A program made the translations under genes and the position numbers. DNA of 64,000 nucleotides from Octopus bimaculoides. Lineage: Eukaryota. Where the stretch lies: contig NC_068990.1 in the NCBI RefSeq assembly GCF_001194135.2, forward strand, positions 93,957,380-94,021,379, in the 5' to 3' direction. This document shows positions 14,601 through 27,654 of this stretch, piece after piece. The notes beneath the pieces are model-generated. The model saw only the letters and a program-made list of their open reading frames with translations, was not told where the DNA came from and searched no databases. The first letter of the stretch is position 1; each line of letters starts with the position of its first letter.

Positions 14601-17453
14601 TTCATTGTAGACATACAAAAATGTCATTTTTATTTGTATATAGACTGAAAAAAATGGGGAAAAGCCTCACTCAAGTTTTGAGCCTTATTGATGTCCCTCA
14701 TCAGGAGTGTCTACATCACTTAATAAATTCCAGTCAGATAGGTAGCCATTCTGCTTATATACACATGAAATGCTACAAAGTAGTGGAAGTACCAATTGGT
14801 ATACCATTTGTGCTGAACACTTTATTTGATATCAGTGGCCTGTCCATGGGGAACTCATTCCATACTATATTGAGGTAGGGTGTGTAGATATATATCATCA
14901 TATCATATACCCAGGCCTATTCCCCACTTTTGTTTTTGTTTTTTAAGAAGGGGTTAGCCACAAGACACACACCAGGCACTCCATTCATTTCCCAGCTCCA
15001 AGGAGTCAAGCCCCGTTCTATGCTCGGGTCAAGGAATAGAACATATATATATATATATTATTTGAAATTGAGAATTTTATTCATAAATACTACAGACATT
15101 ATCAACCCATCAATATTATTTGAAGTGAGATGGAAACTAAAGAAAGACGCACAGACTAGGTTAGTTTTTTTATCACAAAATAAGAAAGAAACAACCAGAC
15201 TTGGTTCTAAAAACTGATTCCAGAAATAAATGTAAGCAGATTTCTAATCTAATGGCACACATTAAACTTCTGATAGCATTCAAATGATCCTACAAACAGC
15301 AGCAAGAATTTATTATCACAACCATGCATTACAAGTGACCACTAATAGCACACACCATGCAGCAGCAGCAAACTCTTCTTGACTGTACAAGTCTTTCAAA
15401 GCTTCAGGTTTGCTCAAATAGAACTGCATTAAAAAAAAAAAGGTAATAATAAATAAATAAATAGAAAGACTGAGTTTCCACACAGAGATTCAGCAGTCTT
15501 TGTTGGATTAAGAAAACTGGAAATTGCATGTTCTCAAAATAGTTTAGATACTTAATATAACACCTCTAAACAACGACATAGAAGGCAAAAAATAGAAACC
15601 AATAATTATAACTGAAATATCTCTCACAAAAATTATGTATCATGATATCTGGAGTGCTGTTCTAAATAAAATTAAAATTTCTATTCAAGGAAAAGCATTT
15701 TGCTTCATTCCTGTCAGGCATTTTTAGCTGACTTATTCTTAGAAAATGTCTCATTTATTTATTTTTACTAGTTTGTTTCTCTGACAATAAAGTAAATTCT
15801 AAAATTAAATATTCTAAGGTGATATTGTGAGCAAATTGATGAAACCATCTGAGAACTTTTAATTAATAGATATGCACAACTGGGAACAAGTTACAAGATG
15901 AAAAGCTACAAAAATAACAAATTTTCATGCTGAACTAATAATACAGTTTCCTAATTAAATGAACGGCAGCCCACAGAGAAGAATAACAAAAGTTCTAACA
16001 ATAAATATCCTGCAGATTAAAAGAAATCATAATTTCCAGTTAACTAAATTTCCAGTAATTATTAAGAAATATATTTGAAAATATCATGAAACTTGGAAAC
16101 TAAGAGACAAGATTAACTTTGCAATAATAAATCATGACTTGAAACTTATACAAAAACAGAAATGCATCTAATAAAAGACACAACCAATTGGTTGCAGAAG
16201 AAGCTAAAATAAAACATGAAAAATCTTAACATATTATTCTTTGCAAAGATTTCTAAAGAAATATTTTCATTCTAATTTTAACATTTGAATTGTTAATGGT
16301 GAGTGCACCAATGAAAAATACTTTTAAATAAAAGAATGTTTAGAGGAATACTAAAGCAAGAATTGGTTCAACTAATTTTCATAATTATTAAAACCTAGTC
16401 AACAACAATGGTAACATGTTAGGTTTAGTAAATCCGAAAAGAATCCCAAATACAGGAAAACAAAATGTTCTGGATAAGAATTGCACAACATGTAGAAGAT
16501 CTATTATGTTTGATAAAACTTCCTGAAAATAACCCAACTTTAAAGTTTTTCTCAGAACCAAGTCAATAACAGAGACAAGAAGAGATAAGACTGCTTAAAC
16601 CAAGCAATAACACACACCAGCTTCAACATCTATGGTTGCATTTTTATGTTCTTAGTTTCTATTTAAAAAATTTTTTTGGAAACAAACGTCACTGCCAAGT
16701 CACTAAATGAGTCTAGAACTGTGAGCTAACCTTTAGCAGCAGTGAAAGTAAGAGTCATACCATAAACACATTAAAAAAACCCCATTTCTCCCTACTTCAA
16801 TGTGGATGTTTTATTAGAACAAACTTTACTGTGGCAGTTACCACGAAAGAAATTCTCAGACTGGCTTTTTGGTACAAAATACACTCTTGTTTGTATGACT
16901 ATATTGAGGTATGGTGTGTAGATATATATACCCAGGCCTATTCCCCATATTTTTTTTAGGAGGGGGTAGCCACAGCAAGACATACAACAGACATTCCATT
17001 CATTTCCCAGCTCAAATGGGCAAATCCCATTCTATGCTTGGGTCAAGGCATAGAACACACACACACACACACATATATATATATGTATGTATGTATGGAT
17101 GGATGTATGGATGTATGTATTACTTGAAGCTGAGAATTTTATTCATAAATACTACAGACGTTATTAACCCATCAATGTTACTTGAAATGAGATGTGAGAC
17201 CACCAAATCATGCAATATAAACAAGAGCGAATTTTGCACCAAAAGCCGGTATGAGGGGTTCTCTCATGGTCTCTACTGCAGTATAGTCTATTCTAGCACA
17301 ACATCCAAATTTAAATGGGGAGAAATATTATCTCTTGGTATTAATACTGCCTCTGTCGCTAATAAACAAAAAAAAAGTTCTTCATTGGAATGCATGAAAC
17401 TTAGAGCGTTCAAAACAGAAAATATAACTATAGTTAAATAATAATAATTGATG

Positions 17454-17489
<36 letters not shown>

Positions 17490-18262
17490 CAAAAGCTATT
17501 CTTACCAAAGTTCAGTCATTTTTATGTCTCTGAAACATGATACCATGATAGAAGAGTGAAAACAAAGAAAATGGAAAGAGTTACCATCATAAGACCTACC
17601 TGAGATTCAAAGAGGGGAGAGAAAGCAAATTGAAAAAAAAAGACAATGGTACATTAAATATTTCAGAAAAAAGAATGGAAANNNNNNNNNNNNNNNNNNN
17701 NNNNNNNNNNNNNNNNNNNNNNNNNNNNNNNNNNNNNNNNNNNNNNNNNNNNNNNNNNNNNNNNNNNNNNNNNNNNNNNNNNNNNNNNNNNNNNNNNNNN
17801 NNNNNNNNNNNNNNNNNNNNNNNNNNNNNNNNNNNNNNNNNNNNNNNNNNNNNNNNNNNNNNNNNNNNNNNNNNNNNNNNNNNNNNNNNNNNNNNNNNNN
17901 NNNNNNNNNNNNNNNNNNNNNNNNNNNNNNNNNNNNNNNNNNNNNNNNNNNNNNNNNNNNNNNNNNNNNNNNNNNNNNNNNNNNNNNNNNNNNNNNNNNN
18001 NNNNNNNNNNNTCATTTAAAAAATAACTAATGATTACAATTTTAACAAATGTTAATTTTAATGTAAATGCTAGAATTTCTACACTAAATTTGAAAACTGT
18101 TTTTGATGGAAATAGTGACAAGCCAAGACAAATATATTAAATTAGAAACTTTAAACACAGGTATATGTTCTAAGAAATACTTGTTACAAACACCAACAAC
18201 AGAATGGAATCCTGTAAAGTTTTCCATTTGTAAAATAACCAGCAACATTTTACTACCTAATG

Positions 18263-18296
<34 letters not shown>

Positions 18297-19254
18297 GCAA
18301 TATAAAAGTGCACAGCAAGGTGCTATTCATGTCAAAAGTTCTACACCCCACACTTTTCACTGACAATGCTGAAGAAGTGAGTCAAGTGTATTATGCAATC
18401 TGGCTAATTGCCTTGTGTAGTAAGTTTACTGAAACGTATATTTTATAAAGCTTAAAATACCAATTACGTTTATTATCATTGTGTATGTGTGTGTCCATCC
18501 TAAAAGTCTCAAGAAAAAACCCAGAAAACAACAAACAAGAGCAGAGTCTTTTCTATGAGTGGTGGAGAGTACAAATCTTCCTCCTTGTGTGGATGAAAAA
18601 TGAGCAAAATAATTGCCACTTTTAATAAAAAAAAAAAAAGACGGTTTTAAGCTTGTCCAACNNNNNNNNNNGGGGGGGGGGGTATGTGGAAAATGGTGTT
18701 TATAGTAAAAGCAGCTTAGTTAGATAACAAATGGCAGCAGATTTGGTAAAAGTGTAAGGAATGGCTTTATTCAGCCAACAGAGGTGGAGGAAGGGCAAAA
18801 GGAGGTAAGGATAATAGAAATACTCAAAATACAAGTGTGTGGGTGGGTGAGCAGGAAAATGAATGTGTTTAAGGGAATAGGAGGAGAGAGTGATAATGTA
18901 GTGTACTATATTGCAGGATGAGAGTGAACAAAGCATATTGGCATGTATGTATGGTAGATGAGTGGGTGAGTGTGTGTGTGAAGATGATGATGATGAGGTG
19001 AAGTGCACTGATGTATGCGAGAAAGAGACAGAGAGAGAGAGAGAGACAGAGAGAGACAGAGAGAGAGAGACAGAGAGAAAGAGACAGAGAGAGAGAAAGA
19101 GAGAGAGAGAGAGAGCGAGCAAGCATTTGAATATTTCTTCCAATCTACTTATGCTCAGAGTGCAAATCCTCAAAATGATAACTTTGCCCTTCATTCTTCT
19201 GGGGGGGGGGGTTGATAATAGGGGTAGGGGCTACCCCATTTGTGTTGATAGGGT

Positions 19255-19545
19255 CACCTAGCTCAGCAGTAGACTCTTGAAAAAGTTAACAAGAGGATCT
19301 CCAAAGCCAGCACTGCCTTCAGGATACTGCAAAAGAATGTATTGAAACACAGGGGAATCAACTTCTCCACCAAGCTAAAGGTCTATTGCACAGTTTATAA
19401 AGAACAGACAAGACCTCTCAAGCATTTTCACACCAGGTGTCTCCACAGCATCCTGCACATTCACTGGAGTACTTCAGCAAACCAACATCCCAAGCTATTC
19501 AATAACCAGCATGCTCCATGCAAGTGGAATGGGCTAGGCATATAG
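19255..19545 (+). mobile_element. RTE/BovB-like LINE RT C-terminal fragment
   Basis: RISKASTAFRILQKNVLKHRGINFSTKLKVY...HFHTRCLHSILHIHW resembles the RTE post-RT region. Confidence 0.75.
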
Positions 19546-21429
19546 GTGTGTGTGGGGGGGGGGGGAGTGAAAGATTCAAGACCTGCACAAATGTTTTTTA
19601 GAAAGAGACAGAGAAAATTTGGACAAATGATAATTACTAATGAAGACTGAGGTTTTTCTCCTTGAGACAAAACTTAGTTTTAATAGTAGATGTAGTATAA
19701 TTAATAGCTGAATTTAATCAGAGTTCTTATTTGACGAACTTTGTGAGAATGATTGGCAAAAATCATCATTTATGGAATTAGAACTGTGAAACATCAACTA
19801 AATAACAACAGACTTTCTGAACCAATCAGAACAAAGAACACATTGGAGATGGTTGTCCTAGATATATTAGGGCTGGAAAAAGAAAAAAAGAAAGAAAACA
19901 CTAAACATAACAGGAATGCCTCTAATCACAAATCTACTGCATTAGACTTGGCCTGGGGTTAAACAACAACAAAATTTGACTTGAAATGTGTCATGAAAGT
20001 CAATGTTACCTATAATAAAACTTCCAAGATTCACAACAACCTGAGTGACATGTTGTAAAGTGAAATCATCTGCCATCTTCAGTTTATGCATAACATGCAA
20101 CATTCCTACATTACAACATCTCTTGTGCGTGCGTGCACACACATGCAATTGCCCAAATTGCATGTTCGTGCGTGCACACACATGCAATTGCCCAAATTGC
20201 ATCTTCAAAAAGTTCTCTCAACAACCTCTTAACCATTTCAGTTATACAGCTACAATTAAAATACTGAATTGTTAAGAACAGATCAAAAATGTTTTTAAAC
20301 TAATTTACCACTGCCTTAGTTTCTTACAGTATTTTCATTAATTCATCTCACATTTCATACAACAAAGCAAAAATTCCACATACAGACTAAGGTCATTCTT
20401 CTTCTTCTTATTATTATTTTGAATAGCTTAGTCAGGAGAAGAGGTAGGGTCCAGAACCCTTTTCAAGCCTTTCTGGGACTGATGGGTGAACACAGGAAAT
20501 TATCTTTAGCTGGATCCAAAAGCTTACAACAGAGTGGCCCTTACTAAAGTCAGCAAAGGATCAGGTGATGGTGTTAAATTGGATTATGGATCAGATCTAT
20601 TGCCCCAGAATGGAAGTAGCCCTTCCAAAAGGCTTCATCACAGCTTCCACTTACCAAATTTTATTCACAAGACTTTGATCAATCTGAGGCTGTGGTAGAA
20701 AACATTTGCCAAAAATGCTCCACAGTGAAACCAAATTCAAAAATGTGTCCTAACAAAGCAAACTTAACCAAATTATCATCTTTGCATCTGTTTTAGTAGA
20801 TCTGCAACTTTCTGAAATACTGGATAACTTCTCTGTGTTTTTTTTCTTCTTTTTGTTAAGTGCACCTTCTGTACAAATTGTTGAAATGCAAGTAGAGTTT
20901 TCACAGTAACACAAATGCATACTGAAGCTTGCTATATCTGCTTTGTTGCACCAATAAACTGTCTCCATTCTTTCAGTCAGCAACAGCTGGGTCACAACTA
21001 CTCAGCAATAACAGCAGCAGCAGCCACTGTTTCCACCCTCTTTGGGTATCTTGATCAGCCCTCCATGCAATATACAGTCAAATATATTACTTTATTTATT
21101 ACTTTTAAAAATTACATCAAAACTAAATTGATAGTGCTTGTCACTTCAGAAAACTGGAAGCTAAGCTAATTTGCATTTAAATACAAGGATTTTTCTTAAG
21201 AAAATAATGAGCTGATCAAATTAGCCTTAATTTATTACTAAAACCTATTTTATCCATTCTGCTATCTTCAAACTTGAAGAAAGGATCTCCTGGTGAAATT
21301 TGAACTCATAAACGATAATGAAATTATTGATCAATGCTGTGACACTCTCGACCATTTTGTTACCACTTTGCTAATGAAATGCACTGACTCCATTTCAATT
21401 ACCATTCCAACTAAATGATAAAATTAAAG

Positions 21430-21595
21430 AATACCTTAGGAATAAGAACCCAGGTTCGAAATTTCCCCAAGACACCTGATGAAGGCCGGAGGATATACCA
21501 TCCGAAACGTTGTGTTAACAACAAACAAGATGAGGATAAATATCTGTCAAATGTAAATAATGTACATAATTCCTCGTCTCTTAAATATAGAACTG
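21430..21595 (+). mobile_element. 5'-truncated copy of the hammerhead SINE
   Basis: Colinear with 53105-53291 and continues to the ...AAATATAGAACTG 3' end. CTGATGA at 21476-21482 and GAAACGTTGTGTT retained; stem II partly mutated. Confidence 0.85.
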
Positions 21596-23035
21596 AAGAA
21601 TATTTAAACAGCACAAACACTTTCAATAAGTTGTTACAACAAATGACATTTTCACTTTCCAACTTGGACCATCAACAGCTAGAATAAAAAGGTTGTGTCT
21701 GTTAATGACTTCACAACTGAAATGTAGAACAAAGCATGAATTATTCAATAAGAATTCTATTAAAAAAACAAAAGTGGAAACTTTCTGGAAAAGAGAAAAC
21801 AGTAGAAGAGTAAGCTGTAAAAATAAGTTGAGTGGGAGAGATGAAATCCCTTAAGGAATATCAGAATAAGAAAGGTTTAATAATTATTTACAAATAGAAA
21901 AGAAAATGAACTTTGGATTAAATCAAAGAAGAGATTATGGATTTCATTAAAAATAAATAAATAAACGAAATAAAGCACTATGACAAGATCAATTTGTTAT
22001 TTATTGTTAGTGTCTGGGCACATTGATTAGTTTCACAGTCATTTCACAGTCACAGAGGGTTTGGGAAGTAAATCTCAGTGAGGATGGCAAGGATTAGCAG
22101 TAACGGGTTATAGTGGAGGCTGTACATTCAGGATATTTTTAGGAAACAGAGATCATTGTTGTAATAGCAGAAGAGTCTGAAAACAACAACAAAAAGACAA
22201 CTAACTTTTATATTGAACACAATGCTGCAGTACAAAGTTATAACTGAAGATGGTTCCATGATTCCGTATACATTGCCAAATTAGAATATATTATTTTATT
22301 CTGAGTCTATAAGCATGCCTAAATAAGACATGATAATCATAGAGAATAAATAAAAGACAACATTTATAATAAATATCTAACTAAATGGCAGAAAATTCTC
22401 AACCAGTTTCATCCAGAATATCTTATTGATCTAACTGGAATAATCTAATTGGAACAAAATTAATGAATCTTCCAATTTACAAGGCAGGTGGGTGGAGGTG
22501 TGGATGTTTTCTCCCCAGATTCATTTGCAATAAGTTTCTATCTAGATATCCATTCGTTGATTAGAAATACCTCAATGAGGTTTGTACCTGACAAAATACC
22601 ACACACACACACAAGTTAGTGTTCATGTAAAGAATTCTTATGTTTGTTTATTTCTCAATAAAAGAGGAACCAAAGCCTGGATGTATGAAGTTTGCTTTGC
22701 AACCACATGGTTGCAGAGTTTTGTCTTACTGCATGTCATCTCGGGCAAGCATCTTCTACAATAACCCTAACCCTAACCCTAACCCTGAGCTGAGCAAAGC
22801 TTTGTTAGTGGATTTGCTAGATGGAGATATATATAAACGGAGAGGATACAAAACGACATACATCATCTGGTAGACATTCCAGTGTGTATCTATTCCAAAA
22901 CATGCAATAACCAGCATTTGGGTATGAATAATTGGGTACACTACCAGCAGTATATTGGATAGGTACCATCCCTTGGTTGGTTGGTTTCCCAACCTCTAAC
23001 TCTCACAGAAATATATATATATACATAACAGAGAA

Positions 23036-23288
23036 TGCTGGGTGCTTTTTATGTGCCACTGGTATGGGTGTGTTTATGCATTACTGGCACAGGTGATTTT
23101 ACGTGGCATCGGCACCTGAAAGGTGTAAGCCTATATAAAGTAAAATCCTTGTCTTCCACATATACAGGCTGGTCCTTTCAGGTGCCGGTGCCACATAACA
23201 AAGCACCTGTGCCAGTAATGCATATACACACCCATACTGGTGCTGTGTAAATGTACCTGTGCCAGGGGTATGTAAAAAGCACCCAGCA
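23036..23288. repeat. Foldback made of head-to-head family C SINE segments
   Basis: Complementary blocks: 23036-23051/23273-23288 (16/16), 23063-23095/23204-23236 (32/33) and 23101-23123/23174-23196 (one mismatch, one G-U). Confidence 0.9.
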
Positions 23289-24638
23289 CACTCCGTGAAG
23301 TGGTTGGCATTAGGAAGGGCATCCAGTTATAGAAATCATGCCACAACAAACAGTTAGAGTCTGGACAGTTCTCTGTTAGACAAAGCCATGTCAAACTGTC
23401 AACCCATGACAGCATGGAAAGCAGACGTTAAACGATGATGATGATGATGAAGAAGAATCATTCAGCATCTGTTTCCCCTGCTGCCATGGGTTGGACTGTT
23501 TGAGAGGGGCTGGCAAGGCTGGAGAGCTGCCCAGGCACCATTTCTCAGTTTTGGCATTGGTTATATTAATTGATGACAGTTCCTGAAACAAACCAGCTTT
23601 GAAGTCAAAGCAGTGCTTATTCTATTGCAAAAATTTAAGATACACAGACTCAGGTGAGTATATGTTATACAGGTAATGGATAAAGAGGATAGAGAGATGG
23701 TGTTATTGTGACATTGCAGCCTCTTTCATGGAAATTAGTGATGTAAGAGGCGTGTTTTAATTGGGAAACAGAGTTGAAATACAGGCTTCGCTCACTGATA
23801 ACTTACAATCACATCATAACACCAGCTCATCTGGACACAAACACACATTCATTTATATTTACGCATGTCTGATAAATTTGTCAAAATTACACACACACAC
23901 ACACACACATGCACACACTAAAAACAAAAACATAAAAAAGGAGAGTAAATGATGCATTCTTAATCTATTGGACACACACACACACACACACACTACTATT
24001 TGAACAACTTGCCTAATTTGATCACACAAAAATTTATTGCACATTATTAATTTTCCAAGTCCTATTAAAAGTAATAAATGGTTGCTATCATCATAATTTT
24101 CCAGAAAAATCAATAAACTCCAGTTTGTTTATACAGGATTTAGTCAACTGTGGTATGGAAATACACACTGTTATATATATATGTTTCATTATATATTCAT
24201 TTATTTCTATATTTATTACATTCAATATATTTAAAACTCTTAAAATTTGAGAAATATTTTGATATTTTTTTAATCTTATGAACAAATTGCAAATAAATCT
24301 TGTTAATTAGTTGTTGATGTGGTATAAAGTTTTAGTGATAAACACTAGTAATTTTCAATAGACATCTCATAAAAATACAGAGTTGGCCCTAAACAGAAGC
24401 TGTGCCATGATGAAGTTGTAGTGTTTAAATGGTGTAAAAGGTAAGCATGAGAATAAATCTGAAAACAGAACTGAAATTTAATGGAAGAGCGAAAGAAAAA
24501 TAGATTTACTTATAAACTGCAAGTACAATTCACAGGAGACCCATAAAATGGCATCAATTTATTTTGTAAACAATGAATATGGACAAGTAGGGCACACAGA
24601 AGTTACATAATTACACAGAAATATATATATATACATAC

Positions 24639-24696
<58 letters not shown>

Positions 24697-25042
24697 AATA
24701 ATTCTTTAACAAAAAGAATGTTGACCTGCTTAGTCTTCATCAGAGGGTTTGAAATGTTTATATGTGTGTGTGGGTGTGTGTGTGTGTATATATGTACATA
24801 TATCTATATATATATATAAATATATATATAAAATCAAAATAAGCAACAGGATACCAAGTAGTGATGCAGTACGACCGTTTCAAGCAGCTCCATTTAATTG
24901 AACAATGCAATCATTACATCAATTTAAATGCAGTGCCATCTTCAGCTGCACAAATGCCTGACTGATTTGGTGCTTCAACTTAAGTACCTAATTCAACAGA
25001 ATCTCAATTTTATATATATAAATAAATATACATATATATACA

Positions 25043-25086
<44 letters not shown>

Positions 25087-27535
25087 CATACATATGCACA
25101 TACAAATATATGTATGTGTGTACGTATAGCTATATTATATGTTTATGTAGTCATAACAGACAAGGATAATCATGCATCAGGAAACAAGAAGTTGTCTCAT
25201 AGTCACAGCATTATTATAGTTTGCGACACTCAGTTTATATTTGAACTATTTCGTTTCTTCTTTTCATTTCTTGTCCAAGAACTTCATAAATGTTTCAACT
25301 CCACAGGTTCTACTAACGAAAACTGGAGGTGATGACAATACAACAATATTATTTTAATTATGATAAAGGTGATAAGCTGGCAGATTCATTAGAAATAAGT
25401 CTTACAGTCTTTCTTCCAGCAGAAGGTGACCAACTGGCAGGACCATTGGCACCCCAGGAAAAAGTGGTCAGTGACAGTACATCCAGCTTTATATTCTGAG
25501 TTCAAATTCTGCTGAGGTTGACCTTGCCTTTCATCCTTTTAGGGGTTGACAAAAGAAGTACCAATTAAACAGTGGGGTCAATGTAATCAACTAGTCCCCC
25601 GTCCCCTAAAACTTCAGACCTTGTGCCTGTACAGGAAAGAATTATTTCTTCCAGCAAATTGGTAGAATCGTTAGTGTGGCAGATACTTAATAGCATTTCT
25701 TCAGACTCTAGGTTCTGAATTCAAATTCAATCAGGACCAACTTTACCTTGTCGATTAGATAAAGTACCAATTAAATATTGGCGGGGGGTGGGGGGGTCAA
25801 TGATTCCAACTAATCCACACCACTCAAAATTGCTGGCCTTGTGCCACAATTTGAAACCCAGTAAAAAGCACCCAGTACACTCTGTGGAGTGGTTGGCATT
25901 AGGAAGGACATCCAGCTGTAGAAACCAGACCAAAACAGACAATGGAACTTGGTGTGGCTCCTGGTTTTATCAGCTCTGGTCAAACCGTTCCACCCATGCC
26001 AGCATAGAAAATGGACATATGATGCTGACGATTTCTTCCAGTTTTTGACATCAGCTCAAATCTCACTGATGTCAACTTTCCCTTTCAGCCTTTTGGGGTT
26101 GATGAAGTACCAGTCAAATACTTGGGTGGGGGGAGTTCAATGGAATCAAATAATCCCCCTTCCCTCAAAACTGCTGCCCTTATACTGAATTAAAAAGTTA
26201 TTTTAATTGTGGTAACAAGGTGAGGAACAACTGAATCCAAATTCAAAGTGAGTGTATCAAAGCTTTATCTTTTGGAGAGCAAAACAAGAATAAACTGTCT
26301 TTGCCTCTGAACCAAGCCAAATATCTGAAAGAGGAGAACAAAATATCAGAGCAGCCAATGGTCTGCAACCTTTCCTCCAGTCAGCCAGTAAGGGACTTCA
26401 AGTACATATAAAAAAAAATACAATTTTGAAAAGTGACAATACTAACAATGAGAGGATGCTTTTAAATACTTGAAATATTTTTTTTTATTTTAAAATGTTT
26501 TGTCTGCCAGCATAAGAAAAGCACAAATGCTAAAAAATAAAATACATACAAAGAAAAAGAGAATCTGTAAAACACTTTATTTTAAAATAATTAACTACAA
26601 TAAATAGTTGAAATAAAATTATATATTAATATTTATATCTCTTGGTCTTCTCTAAATCAAAGGAAACAGGAATTTCATAACTAGGAACTTTTATTTATTT
26701 ATTTGTGTGTGGGTATGAATGTTGACAAGTAACAGTTTGCCAGTGACTTCAAAGTTTCAACTCACCAGCAGTTACAGTCTCTAGGCAACTAGGAAGCCAA
26801 AACTGCAGTCATTATCAACCTTTTTTTCTTCAAAAATTTGTTACTCTACTAAAGTGAGCCTTCAGTTAATATTAAATTGTTTTAATACATAACTTCATAT
26901 AAAAACAAATATCAAAATATTTAAAGATACAGATAAGGAAATAATTTTATTGTCAAATGCAGGATAATGCTAATAATAAAACATGAACAGGACAAACTAT
27001 CCTTTTTGGCAGAAAACTGTGTCGGCGGCCAGTCACGAGACTCGAATGACTTTCAACGTAAGCTCAATTAAAGTATTTATATTTGCGTATGTGAGTGTAT
27101 AAATACATATGAGAATGTGTATGCAAGTAGTTGTGTATGTGGATGTAGAAATACAATATGTGCATGATGAAAGAGAAGAAGAGAATGAAATGAAGATGTT
27201 ATTATTTCAGTAATTGCTGTTACAACAAACAGAATAAGCTGTATACAGGTGATTCCAGGTAAAAAAAAAAAAAAAAAAGAATTAGACAATTGAAAGTTTT
27301 GGGTCATGCTTATAGAAAAGTAGATGAAATACTGCAAACAGGGGTTAGCTGAAATCCCTAACGGGTTCAGATTGCCAGACTAGTTCCACACAAAATCATG
27401 CTATTGTAAAATTGGAAATGCAAGCCCAAAAAAAAGTCAGAAGGTGCCTAAAATGCCTTTATTTTTGATATCTTTCTCTTTTTTTTTTTTGTTTGTTTTT
27501 ATTCTGGTTTTAACCACAAATAAAAGGATGCTTAC

Positions 27536-27654
27536 CTGTTTTACGTAATGGAAAATCATCTTCATATTTCCCTAGTAGAGGCGATGGACCATAGGGTGGT
27601 GACAAACCACTTTGTGGAGGAGAATTCTGTTCGACTGACCCTGGGTGACCCACC
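27536..27654 (-). CDS. HDAC4: HDAC4-like coding exon (W)[39 protein letters not shown](A)
   Basis: Acceptor atttAG (27656-27655) and donor GTaagc (27535-27534). Length 119 nt (phase 2 to 1). Ends in the conserved DDFPLRKT motif. Confidence 0.96.

Noticed and set aside
18700-19261. Low-complexity ORFs (SLSL/ERER; also HTHT, YIYI and poly-N elsewhere)
   Set aside because: Translations of dinucleotide and trinucleotide microsatellites.
24716-24747. Minus-strand CTGATGA-A-GAC-TAAGCAG-GTC-AAC hammerhead-like motif
   Set aside because: Lacks G12/A13 of GAAA and has no stem I pairing; at most a very decayed relic.
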